Assembly: GCA_965212005.1 (NCBI GenBank)
Contig: OZ243038.1
Location: 1,601,440 to 1,665,439 of the forward strand
Direction of reading: 5' to 3'
Origin: Candidatus Porifericomitaceae bacterium
Lineage (GTDB): Bacteria; Pseudomonadota; Gammaproteobacteria; Porifericomitales; Porifericomitaceae
DNA: 64,000 nt
Shown here: positions 31,221-40,411 of the stretch, piece by piece
How the letters are laid out: every line of letters starts with the position of its first letter
Position numbering within the stretch: the first letter of the stretch is position 1
Translations under genes and position numbers: made by a program
Notes under the pieces: model-generated
Seen by the model: only the letters and a program-made list of their open reading frames with translations
Told to the model about the DNA's origin: nothing
Database searches by the model: none

Positions 31221-31403
31221 CCTGCTGTCGAAGGGTGCGCGAGACCCGGGCGACACGGCAGTCGGGGGAGAGTCTTTTGCGCGCAAGGGGAGGGCCTGGG
31301 GTATACGGACGTGATCCCTGGGTCAACCGACATTCGGCGGTTAAAACGCCCGCTTCATAATGCACGGAGGCCTTCGTGGTAGAATACGGGGAGTGCATTT
31401 CAA

Positions 31404-31480
31404 GGGCCTTTAGCTCAGTGGGTCAGAGCACTCGACTCATAATCGATCGGTCGCTGGTTCGAATCCAGCAAGGCCCACCA
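31404..31480 (+). tRNA. tRNA with CAU anticodon, elongator type; closest to tRNA-Ile2 (lysidine, LAU)
   Basis: Cloverleaf GGGCCTTtaGCTCagtgggtcaGAGCaCTCGActCATaaTCGAtcggtcGCTGGttcgaatCCAGCAAGGCCCacca; G1-C72 paired so not an initiator; T-arm GGUCGCUGGUUC...UCCAGC resembles E. coli ileX more than metT. Confidence 0.9.
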
Positions 31481-31758
31481 GATTGATCAATATGCGGCTC
31501 TCAGCCGGTTGGGGCCACGGCAGAAATAGCGGGGCGTCTTTCCTACAGACTGCTCTCTGGTCCCAGGCGTAAATCCCTGGGTCGGCCCTTTATCCTACTT
31601 TCCCCGTTTGCGGTCGGCAGCGGCAGGCAGAAGTCTCTGAACGAAAGACGTCACCAAACGGCGAGGCGGGCTCCGTTGATCGGCACCGGCATTTTTGCGC
31701 ACTGTACACCGGTGCGAACACCGGGAGCTTATTGAAGTCGCACGCGCAGCAGCGCGGC

Positions 31759-32541
31759 TTATGTTTCGAAGGCGCCCAGGACCGGAGTGTGATCGGAGGG
31801 GCGCGGCCAGCCGCGCGGAGTACGGTCAGGAACGCAGGAAAGGCAACTCCGTGCCAGTGCCTCGCTGGCCAACATGTGGTCGATACGCAGGCCATGATCA
31901 CGACGGAAGGAGCCGCCTCGGTAATCCCACCAGGTATAGCCCGGTTCTTGCGCGTGCAGGCGACGAAAACAGTCTGCCAGACCATGGCGCAGCAGTGTCT
32001 GGAAATACTCCCGCTCGGGCACACTGACCAGTACCTTGCCTTGCCACTTCTGCGGATCGTATAGGTCATGATCAGTCGGGGCGATGTTGAAATCGCCCAG
32101 CACGACGAGCCTGGAATTTTGCTGTAGCAGATGCTTCACGTACCCGGCCAACTGCTCAAGCCACTCCAGCTTGTAGCGGTATTTATCAGAGTCAATTTCA
32201 GCTCCATTGGGCACATAGAGGTTCAGCACGCCAATTTCCGGCTCCCGAAACCGGGTGTATAGAACTCTGCTCTGATTGTCCGGGTAGCCGGGGATGCCTT
32301 TCTCGCTCTGCACGCTTTCCAGGGTGCTGAGCGTGGCGACCCCGTTGTAGCTTTTCTGTCCGTGAAAGTCGGCCTGGTAGCCCAGCTCGGAGAATGCGGC
32401 AATGGGAAACAACTCGTCGCCCAGCTTGGTTTCCTGCAGGGCGATAATATGCGGCCGTTCCGTTTTCAGCCATTGCCGGACCTGGTCCAGGCGCACGCGC
32501 AGCGAGTTGACGTTCCAGGTGGCGATCCGCAGTGAGGTCAT
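31759..32541 (-). CDS. xthA: exodeoxyribonuclease III
   Basis: MTSLRIATWNVNSLRVR N-terminus; 260 aa EEP-fold AP endonuclease. Confidence 0.9.
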   Translation of the reverse strand: MTSLRIATWNVNSLRVRLDQVRQWLKTERPHIIALQETKLGDELFPIAAFSELGYQADFHGQKSYNGVATLSTLESVQSEKGIPGYPDNQSRVLYTRFREPEIGVLNLYVPNGAEIDSDKYRYKLEWLEQLAGYVKHLLQQNSRLVVLGDFNIAPTDHDLYDPQKWQGKVLVSVPEREYFQTLLRHGLADCFRRLHAQEPGYTWWDYRGGSFRRDHGLRIDHMLASEALARSCLSCVPDRTPRGWPRPSDHTPVLGAFET

Positions 32542-34634
32542 GTTCTCCGGATGATGGAGCCGGCAGGCTCGGGCGTGTCCAGTCCCGCCTGCCGCAGCAG
32601 CGGATCAATGCTCGGTTCCTGGCCACGGAATTGTTTGAACAACTCCAGCGGCTCGTCGACCCCGCCCCGGCTGAGCACCGTGCGAAGGAAATCCGCGCCG
32701 GTCTCGGCGTTGAAGATGCCTTCTTCGCTGAAGCGGGCATAGGCATCAGCAGCCAGCACTTCGGCCCACAGGTAACCGTAGTAGCCGGCCGCGTAACCGC
32801 CGGCAAAGATATGCGAGAAACTGTGTTGAAAGCGATTATAGTCCGGCACCGCCAGCGCCGCGATCTGCTTTCGGATCCGGTCCAGTAGTGCTTGTATTTC
32901 CCGTTGATCAGGCCCGTGCTCCAACAGGTGCAACTCAAAATCAAACAGGGAAAATTCCAGTTGGCGTACCAGGAACAGCCCGCTATGAAAGCGGCGACTG
33001 GCGCACAAACGTTGTTTTAGCTCCGGGGGAAGCATGGCCCCGGTTTTGTGATGCGCGGCGATCAAGTCCAGAACCTGTGGCTCCCAGCACCAGTTCTCCA
33101 TGAACTGGCTGGGGAATTCTATCGCGTCCCAGGGAACGCCGTTAATGCCGGCCACGCCGGGTTCATCCACTTCGGTCAGCAGGTGGTGCAGGCAGTGTCC
33201 AAACTCGTGGAACAGGGTTTCCACCTCCTGCATCGTGAGCAGCGAGGGTTGGTCCGCGAGCGGTGGTGCGAAATTACAGTTCAGGAAGGCCGCCGGGAGT
33301 TGCAGCTGGTCCCCTTGCCGGCTGCGGTTGCGGCACTCGTCCATCCAGGCACCGCCGCGTTTTTCCGGACGTGCGTACAGGTCCAGGTACAGGCAGCCGC
33401 GTTCTTGTCCGTCCCGGTCATTGAGACGGCAGAAGACAACGTCCGCGTGCCAGGCAGACGGAGGCGCCCGCAGGGTCTGCACCCGGATGCCGTACAGGCG
33501 TTCAATAACGCCGAACATGCCTTGCAGTACGTGCGGTAACGGGAAATAGCCGCGCAACTCTTCCTGCGAAAGTTGGAATCGCTGTTCGCGCAGCCTTTCC
33601 GAGTAGTAAGGCAAGTCCCAGCTTTGAATTTCATTTGCGCCGTATTCGCTGCGAGCGAAATCGCTCAGTTCGCTGAATTCCTGCTGCGCGAGTGGACGGG
33701 CTCGGGCGCTAAGACTGTGTAAAAGGTCCAGTACCTCTGCCGGCTTCCGGGCCATGCGGCGTTCCAGGGCATAGTGGGCGAAACTGGGAAAACCGAGCAG
33801 TTTCGCCAATTGCGCCCGCAGGCGCAAAATCTGCTCCATGACGGATGAGTTATCCCAGCGTGGCTCTGCCGCCTGTGCGGAAGCGCGGGTTGTATAAGCG
33901 CGGTACATTTCCTCGCGTAGTGCCCGGTCCTTTGCGTGTCGCATGACCATCAAGTAACAGGGCGGATCCAGGCTAAGCATCCAGCCGTCCCGGTTTAACC
34001 GGGAGGCGCAATTTTGCCGAAGGAGCTGCAGCGTGCTCAATGACAGGCCGGTGAGCCTGTTCGCATTCGGCAGATACTTATGCCAGGCATTGGTTGAATC
34101 GAGCAGATTTTCCTCGAAGCGGCAATTTAACTGCGCAAGTTGTTGCAGGATCTGCCGTAAGCGCTCCTGCTCTTTTTTCCCCAGGGCCATCCCTGCAAGG
34201 CGAAAGTCCCGCAGCGTGTTTTTTACGATCCGGTGCCGGGCGGCGGTTAGCTTGGAGAAACCGGGACTTTCGGAAAGGGAAAGCTGCTTCACGGCATGGT
34301 ACAGATCCGGATTTTGCATGATCTCCGTCTGGTAGGCCGTCAGCTTGGGGAGGCAGGCATTGTAGGCAGAGCGCAACTGCTCCCGATCAGCCACCGCGTG
34401 TAGATGGGCCACCGGAGACCAGGCTCGCTGCAGCCGGTCTTCCAGTGCCTGGATCGGCCCCAGGCAGTGTTCCCATTCGCCATCCGGAGCGGTTTTGAGC
34501 AGGGACACGATCTGCTCACGATTGCCCTGCAAGATCTGGTTAATAGCTGGCTCTACGTGTTTCGGCAGAATGCGGTCGAAAGCCGGCAAGTCGTCAAGCT
34601 GCAGAAGTGGATTACTGTCGTTGTGTCCTTGCAT
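32538..34634 (-). CDS. prlC: oligopeptidase A (M3 family zinc metallopeptidase)
   Basis: 698 aa; zinc motif HEFGHCLHH; 4-nt overlap with xthA start. Confidence 0.9.
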   Translation of the reverse strand: MQGHNDSNPLLQLDDLPAFDRILPKHVEPAINQILQGNREQIVSLLKTAPDGEWEHCLGPIQALEDRLQRAWSPVAHLHAVADREQLRSAYNACLPKLTAYQTEIMQNPDLYHAVKQLSLSESPGFSKLTAARHRIVKNTLRDFRLAGMALGKKEQERLRQILQQLAQLNCRFEENLLDSTNAWHKYLPNANRLTGLSLSTLQLLRQNCASRLNRDGWMLSLDPPCYLMVMRHAKDRALREEMYRAYTTRASAQAAEPRWDNSSVMEQILRLRAQLAKLLGFPSFAHYALERRMARKPAEVLDLLHSLSARARPLAQQEFSELSDFARSEYGANEIQSWDLPYYSERLREQRFQLSQEELRGYFPLPHVLQGMFGVIERLYGIRVQTLRAPPSAWHADVVFCRLNDRDGQERGCLYLDLYARPEKRGGAWMDECRNRSRQGDQLQLPAAFLNCNFAPPLADQPSLLTMQEVETLFHEFGHCLHHLLTEVDEPGVAGINGVPWDAIEFPSQFMENWCWEPQVLDLIAAHHKTGAMLPPELKQRLCASRRFHSGLFLVRQLEFSLFDFELHLLEHGPDQREIQALLDRIRKQIAALAVPDYNRFQHSFSHIFAGGYAAGYYGYLWAEVLAADAYARFSEEGIFNAETGADFLRTVLSRGGVDEPLELFKQFRGQEPSIDPLLRQAGLDTPEPAGSIIRRT

Positions 34635-34764
34635 GATCCTCTTTATTTTATAGATGCGGGTTCTCTGTCATGCTGCCGGACGGCGGATTCAACCCGCTGA
34701 GAATCCCGTTGCCTGTGCCTTATTCGATCAATGCAACGGACAGCCGGGCCACCGCCGATCGTTG

Positions 34765-35223
34765 CTACTTTCGTAAATCGCCGGGCCTGGAACCAATGTG
34801 CTTGCGCTTGCGCCGGGGTTTATCATTGTCCTCGGGAGGAGAACCCCATTGATTATCGGATTCCTGGCCGCCTAGGAAGCCAAGGATGATCAGCACGATC
34901 AGGTTTACATAAGGCAACAAGAGAATAATCAATATCCACCACCCGCTACGGCCAAGGTCATGAAACCGCCGTACCACTAGCGACAAGAAAGGGATTATCA
35001 TCAAAACTCCAAAGAGACCGGAGAATAGCCCCCCTACTCCTGAAGGTTCACCATCAGCGGTAGGTGGACCACCGGTGAAATAGGTTCCCAGTCCGACGTC
35101 GATAAAATTCAGGGCCAGAGAGGTAATGATTACGAACAGCAGGAAAAACCAAAGCTCCGCCCGCCGGGCCCGCCCCTTGAAATCGAAGTAGTGTGTAGTA
35201 ATGGACTTTATAATCAGCCCCAT
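34765..35223 (-). CDS. DUF805 family inner-membrane protein
   Basis: YFDFKGRARRAELWFF motif characteristic of DUF805, plus 3-4 TM helices. Confidence 0.7.
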   Translation of the reverse strand: MGLIIKSITTHYFDFKGRARRAELWFFLLFVIITSLALNFIDVGLGTYFTGGPPTADGEPSGVGGLFSGLFGVLMIIPFLSLVVRRFHDLGRSGWWILIILLLPYVNLIVLIILGFLGGQESDNQWGSPPEDNDKPRRKRKHIGSRPGDLRK

Positions 35224-35727
35224 TTCCCGCTCCTATCCATCTAATCTGCCCGAAGAACCTGTTTCCCGCCGGGGATTTTATCACTGGCCGGCCTGTCCAT
35301 ACAAGGCACGGGATTTACTGGATGATGCCGTTGTGCTGTATTTTGGGCGACCGCTGGGTCGCGCGTGTTTGTCTCCACGCGGGTACCAGCCGCAGCTCTG
35401 TTGGTGTAAAAATCCTGCACCAGGCCAGTATGATTTGATGAGATGAGTGGGCGCAGGCAGCACCGGCGGTTGCGCTGTCATCCAGTGCCGGCAGCGCAGG
35501 ATCCCCAACGTCCTCCGCAGGGTCCGGGAAGCCTCGCCCGGGGTTGGGCAGAGAAAAAGCCAGCGCTGGAACCTTGGTAAGCGCCTCGCCGTTACCCGGA
35601 AGCCTGGGCACGGTGCAACGGGCCCCGGTGGGCAAATGGCTTGCCGGACGTGGGCGGATGCAATAGAATAAAAGCTCTTGTTTGGCATCACTCCGGGCGG
35701 CGTGTCCCGGTCGGAGTATAAGTAATT

Positions 35728-35940
35728 ATGAAAGCGGATATTCATCCAGAATACTCAGTAGTTACCGTTACCTGCAGTTGCGGGCACAGCTTCCGCACGA
35801 GGTCTACGTATCCACAAAGCGCACTGCATATCGAGGTCTGCTCGCAGTGTCACCCCTTCTATACCGGGCAGCAGAAGATACTGGACACCGAAGGCCGGGT
35901 GGATCGGTTCCGGCGCAAGTACGGTATTCAGCAAAGCTGA
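35728..35940 (+). CDS. rpmE: 50S ribosomal protein L31 (zinc-ribbon type)
   Basis: MKADIHPEY ... CSCG ... [10 protein letters not shown]. Confidence 0.95.
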   Translation: MKADIHPEYSVVTVTCSCGHSFRTRSTYPQSALHIEVCSQCHPFYTGQQKILDTEGRVDRFRRKYGIQQS

Positions 35941-35955
35941 TCCCTTGTTATCGGG

Positions 35956-36789
35956 GTGAATCGTATGACGGCGGCAGGTGTGCCGTCTGTTCTGCCGGTG
36001 TTGCTTTGGCTTTTTTGTGCGCCGGCGCTTGGGCAATGCCGGGCGCCGTCCGCGGAGCTATTGCCGGTCTCCCACGTGATCGATGGCGATACCGTAAAGT
36101 TACAGGACGGTCGCCGCCTGCGCCTGATCGGTATTGATACTCCTGAAATCGGACGCAAGGGGGCACCGCATCAGCCAGGCGCTCTTGAGGCTCGCGCGTA
36201 CTTGCAGCGCCTCTTGCGGTCCACTGAATGGCAATTGCGGCTGAGCTATGACGAGCAGCGCCGGGATCGTTATCAGCGCTTGCTGGCCCATGCTTTTTTG
36301 CCCGATGGTGAGAGTGTCGCCACTCTGCTGCTGGCACAGGGGCTGGGGACTTCCCTGGTTGTGCCGCCTAATTTGGAGTTCCTTTCCTGTTATCGGCGGG
36401 CCGTTGCTGCCGCCCGGCAGCGGCGCGCAGGATTGTGGGCGGTGGCTGATTATCAGCTTATGCGAGTTCACGCTCTGCCGTCGGCGAAGCGCAGCTATCG
36501 GCAACTGATCGGAACAGTGGAGCAGGTTCGCACCGGAACCGCTGCCGTTTGGTTGTACTTGCAGCACGGGCTGCGGTTGCGTATTCCGCGGCAGAATCTG
36601 CACTATTTCGGTTCTCTGGACTGGGACCGCCTGCAAGGCCGGCCATTGGCCATGCGTGGCATGCTGCACGCTTCTTCCTCCAATCATCGGCTGATGCATA
36701 TACGCCACCCGGCGGACCTGTTCTGTCCAGATGAAGATCAGGAAGCCCCTGCGGAAGAACTGCGTCTGCCGTGCCCTCAAGCGCGGTGA
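35956..36789 (+). CDS. thermonuclease (SNase-like) family protein
   Basis: HVIDGDTVKLQDGRRLRLIGIDTPE is the staphylococcal-nuclease catalytic core; N-terminal signal peptide. Confidence 0.75.
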   Translation: MNRMTAAGVPSVLPVLLWLFCAPALGQCRAPSAELLPVSHVIDGDTVKLQDGRRLRLIGIDTPEIGRKGAPHQPGALEARAYLQRLLRSTEWQLRLSYDEQRRDRYQRLLAHAFLPDGESVATLLLAQGLGTSLVVPPNLEFLSCYRRAVAAARQRRAGLWAVADYQLMRVHALPSAKRSYRQLIGTVEQVRTGTAAVWLYLQHGLRLRIPRQNLHYFGSLDWDRLQGRPLAMRGMLHASSSNHRLMHIRHPADLFCPDEDQEAPAEELRLPCPQAR

Positions 36790-37111
36790 TTGGCTGCCCG
36801 GCAGTCGGCAAAACTCATTGAACCGGCGGCCGGGTTGCCGCTCTCAGGCTACTGTCCACTAAGGGCTTGTTCCCGCCGGTCTCGGTGTGCGCCCCGCATC
36901 GCACCCGTTTTTAGGCTGGTCAGGGGGGATAGGCTTCAGTCTACCATCTCGGCGATCGTCCTGTTTCCGCTCGCCCTTCCTCTGATCTGGTGCCCCCGGG
37001 GGAGCCTCTGAGACCTGCCGAGGGCGGTTGGGAGGATGAGCTTAGCCCCTTATCGTAAGATTGTCCCTTATACTTTATGCTTAAGCCCTTGGCCTGTTTC
37101 CAGTTGCGATT

Positions 37112-37146
37112 TTATCCACATTTTCTGTGTATATCTCTGTGGATTG
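37112..37146. promoter_or_regulatory. perfect DnaA-box 9-mer TTATCCACA plus an inverted imperfect copy (tgtggattg) 17 bp away
   Basis: ttatccaca at 37112-37120 and caatccaca (rc) at 37138-37146, in an AT-rich stretch of a 1.2-kb gene-free region. Confidence 0.3.
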
Positions 37147-37299
37147 AATGCGTAGATCAGGCCCAAAGTCGCGCCATTTGGTGCTTCCTCACAAACGGAA
37201 TAAAAAATAACCAATCAGAATTATACTCTTTTATTTCAATTAGGTAAAAGGATATATACATGTTGTATATCTGTTATATGCGCTAAGCTTCGTTTTTTG

Positions 37300-37497
37300 C
37301 CTTCTGTTTCCCTGTAGCTGTGCATAAAAATAAGGCGGCAAGACGGCGGAACTTCTGGCGCGGGCGCCGGTCGGAAATAGTATCCCCTGGGGTTCCCGCT
37401 GCGACTCCCAAAGCGGGGGCCCCGCCCGGTATACCCGACCGGGCAGCTTGGCCCCGGTGTTCTCCCTCCCATTGAATTAGCCGGGGCCATTTTTTTA
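37300..37497 (+). ncRNA. candidate small RNA (multi-hairpin, GC-rich) ending in an intrinsic terminator
   Basis: AT-rich promoter-like sequence at 37230-37300; hairpins cccgctgcgactcccaaagcggg and gcccggtatacccgaccgggc; terminator at 37450-37497; no ORF with plausible codon usage. Confidence 0.2.
37450..37497 (+). terminator. intrinsic terminator-like hairpin plus T7 run
   Basis: ggccccgg-N23-ccggggcc followed by atttttttatt; the loop is unusually long. Confidence 0.4.
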
Positions 37498-37996
37498 TTG
37501 TCCACGCCGCGTGCGGCTTTGTGCTGGTGTTTCGCCCGCGCCTGCCGCCGGACAGCGGTCGCCCGAGTGGTTGGCCGCTCTCGCGCCGGCGGGGACCAGC
37601 GTCAGTATCGGTGATCGCAGGATCGATCCGTGCGGGGATGCCGACGGGTTCTTGATCCATACCTCCGCCGGCGCGTATTATCCGCCTTCGTGAGACTTTT
37701 TCGGGGATGGGGCGTGTCTATGGGCGAGCAACCAATAATGGGCGGCGGACCAGGCACGGGTTCGCCCTCAGGATCAGGCAGGGACCGTAAGCTATCCAGG
37801 AAGAATAAACCGTGCCAGGAGTCAGGCCCATATCTGAAGCAGTGCCGGTATCAGACGGGGATGAGCGCTGGTTTCTCCGGGTCCGTCTACGAGAGATAAC
37901 GGGATGCGGGCCAGGGCCGGCAGGAGTATCGTTGATGCGCCTGCAAAGATGTGCCTGGAAGCATGCCGCAGGCACCGGAAGGGAGCAGACCGATAT

Positions 37997-38650
37997 ATGA
38001 GCAGCAATGATGCAATGACGCAAGGCGAAAGGTGCGACCGCTTACAGTCCCCGGTTGCCTGCGTTGCGCTGTGCCTTTTTTTGCTGGGCGGGTGGGAGCC
38101 GTCTGTTGCCGCCGATAGCGCCACCGGTCAGCAGAAGTCTGCGGTCTGTGCCGCCTGTCACGGTGTAGACGGGAATAGCGCGAATCCGGAATGGCCCAAG
38201 CTGGCCGGTCAGCATGCTGGCTACCTGGTCAAGCAACTGCAGGATTATCGGTCGGGCGCCCGGCGCAATGCCCAAATGAGCGCCCTGGTGACTACGCTGA
38301 ACGATGCAGACATGGCTGATATCGCCGCTTACTATGCCGGTCAGCAGCTTAAACATGGACAGGCTTCGGCAGAATGGGTGGAATTGGGCGAGCGCCTTTA
38401 CCGTGCCGGTAACCGCACAAGCGGCGTGCCGGCGTGCACCGGTTGCCACGGTCCCACGGGCCGGGGAAATTTGCCTGCCGCTTATCCGGTCCTGGGAGGC
38501 CAGTATGCCCGTTACACGGCGGATCAGCTGCGCGCCTTTAAGCAGGGCCAGCGTGATAACGACGGCGAAGCAGTTATGCGCACTATATCCTCGCGCATGA
38601 GCGAGGTGGAAATTGAGGCGGTAGCCGAATACATCTCCGGACTGCATTGA
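37997..38650 (+). CDS. cytochrome c4 (diheme)
   Basis: Signal peptide then two CxxCH motifs (CAACHGVDG..., CTGCHGPTG...) each followed by a Met ligand region. Confidence 0.85.
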   Translation: MSSNDAMTQGERCDRLQSPVACVALCLFLLGGWEPSVAADSATGQQKSAVCAACHGVDGNSANPEWPKLAGQHAGYLVKQLQDYRSGARRNAQMSALVTTLNDADMADIAAYYAGQQLKHGQASAEWVELGERLYRAGNRTSGVPACTGCHGPTGRGNLPAAYPVLGGQYARYTADQLRAFKQGQRDNDGEAVMRTISSRMSEVEIEAVAEYISGLH

Positions 38651-39104
38651 TCTCGAGCCCAGTCCGTAAAGCCCCTGAAATCCACTGGGCCGACTGGAAT
38701 CCTTAACTAGACCCTACCCGGTCATCACTATAGCCATGACCCGGCCCGCGAGGTCGGGATTCCCTGTTTGGGTCTGCTCCCGCCTCTCTGCACTGCACAA
38801 AGACGAGGGGGAGCGTTCCATAACGATATTGAAAACTATTCTCATTCAGAATAATATAGCGAGTCCGGGTGCGCCCCCGGACTGTGTTTTTCCAGGAAAA
38901 TACTATTTATCAATACAGTAGAATAAAATGCTGAATTCCTTATTGAAAAACGGTATCGGGTCCTCTGCTGCCCCGCTATCTGCTGCGGTCCCGTGTATGC
39001 CGGTCCCGGTCTCCCTGCTTCGTTTCTGCCGCTTTGCCGCCGCGCCCCTCCGGTACATCCTGTGGGCTATCGGCGCACGCTCGTAGGCTGGCGGGAGGAT
39101 TCTG

Positions 39105-40181
39105 ATGCAAAACAAGCGGATTGCCCGGGGGAGCGGCTCATTTTTCAGGAAACTGGGAAAGGCTGTGCTGCCGGCTACAGCGCGACTGTTTCTGTTTTGC
39201 GCCTGTACGGCGGGCCCACCCGTGCTGGCGGCGGAGGTGGGTGTTTACTCCGCGCGCAAGGAGATCCTGATTCGCCCCCTGCTGGATCGTTTCTCGGAAC
39301 AGACCGGGATCGAAGTGCGTTTGCTTGCCGGCAAAGGAGACGCTTTATTGAAACGCCTGGAGTTGGAGGGTGCGCGCACGCCGGCAGATCTATTCCTGAC
39401 CGTTGACGTGGGATACCTGTACCGTGCCCGGCAGGCCGGCCTGCTGCAGCCGGTGCATTCCCCCTTTCTTCAGCAGCGTCTTCCCGCCGTCTATCGGGAC
39501 GCCGAAGCACATTGGTACGGACTTTCTTTGCGCGCCCGGGTGATCGTATACAACCGGGAGCGCGTTGACCCAACTCGGCTTCACGACTATTTTTCCCTGT
39601 CTGATCCGCATTGGCGGGGCAGGGTGTGCGTACGCTCTTCCTCGAATGTTTATAACCAGTCCCTGGTTGCTGCGTTGATCGTGCATCACGGCACGGAGGC
39701 AGTAGAGAACTGGGCCAGGGGGTTGGTGGCCAATCTGGCCCATCCTCCCCAGGGTGGCGACCGTGATCAGATCCGTGCCATCTACAATGACCGCTGCGAC
39801 TTGGCCCTGGTGAATACCTACTACCTGGGAGGGATGTTGCACTCAGAGCAGCCCGAGGAAATGGAGGCGGCCCGCGGCGTGGACCTCTTCTGGCCGGATC
39901 AGAGCGGTCACGGGGTACATATCAACCTCAGCGGAGCCGGGATAACGCGGCACGCCAAGCATCCGCAGGAGGCGCAGCGCCTGCTGGAATTTTTGCTCAG
40001 TGACGAGGCGCAGCGCTGGAGCACCGTCCACAACTATGAGTATCCGGTGGTCGGAGCCGTGAAAGCGGCAGCCGTGCTGCAGACTTGGGGCATATTTCAG
40101 GCCGATACCGCCGCCTTGGATCAACTGGGAGAGAACAACGCTGAGGCGGTGCGGCTGATGGATCGGGCCGGTTGGCGCTGA
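39105..40181 (+). CDS. fbpA: Fe(3+) ABC transporter substrate-binding protein
   Basis: 358 aa; GGGAGG RBS; signal peptide; SBP family 1; followed by a fused double permease and an ATPase, as in fbpABC/afuABC. Confidence 0.8.
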   Translation: MQNKRIARGSGSFFRKLGKAVLPATARLFLFCACTAGPPVLAAEVGVYSARKEILIRPLLDRFSEQTGIEVRLLAGKGDALLKRLELEGARTPADLFLTVDVGYLYRARQAGLLQPVHSPFLQQRLPAVYRDAEAHWYGLSLRARVIVYNRERVDPTRLHDYFSLSDPHWRGRVCVRSSSNVYNQSLVAALIVHHGTEAVENWARGLVANLAHPPQGGDRDQIRAIYNDRCDLALVNTYYLGGMLHSEQPEEMEAARGVDLFWPDQSGHGVHINLSGAGITRHAKHPQEAQRLLEFLLSDEAQRWSTVHNYEYPVVGAVKAAAVLQTWGIFQADTAALDQLGENNAEAVRLMDRAGWR

Positions 40182-40411
40182 CCGAAGGCTCTCAGCAAAG
40201 CGCGCTTCCTCCTGCCGAATAAAGCTCGTTGCGCGTAAGCCGCCGGTCCCATGTCATTCCCGCGTCTCCGTCTTCCTCAAAATACACGGGCACGGTCTCG
40301 CCGGTCTTTCTGCGTGATTCCCGCGTGCCCGGCATGAAAGCAATGCCGTCCCCACGGCTGGTACCGGCATCCGGGCACCTGGCCCTTGCGCCTCGCGGCG
40401 AGTAATTCTTC

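Noticed and set aside
31404-31480. Calling the CAU tRNA an initiator tRNA-fMet
   Set aside because: Position 1-72 is a G-C pair and there is no three-G-C anticodon-stem signature; the T-arm and variable region resemble tRNA-Ile2 (lysidine) or elongator Met instead.
37236-37660. Minus-strand ORFs of 89 and 125 aa in the gene-free region
   Set aside because: Pro/Arg/Gly-rich translations without start context or homology; attributed to GC-rich noncoding sequence.
38831-38859. Palindrome tattctcattcagaataa between cytochrome c4 and fbpA as a Fur box
   Set aside because: Only a loose match to the Fur consensus and ~250 bp upstream of fbpA; kept out of features, though Fur control of fbpABC remains plausible.
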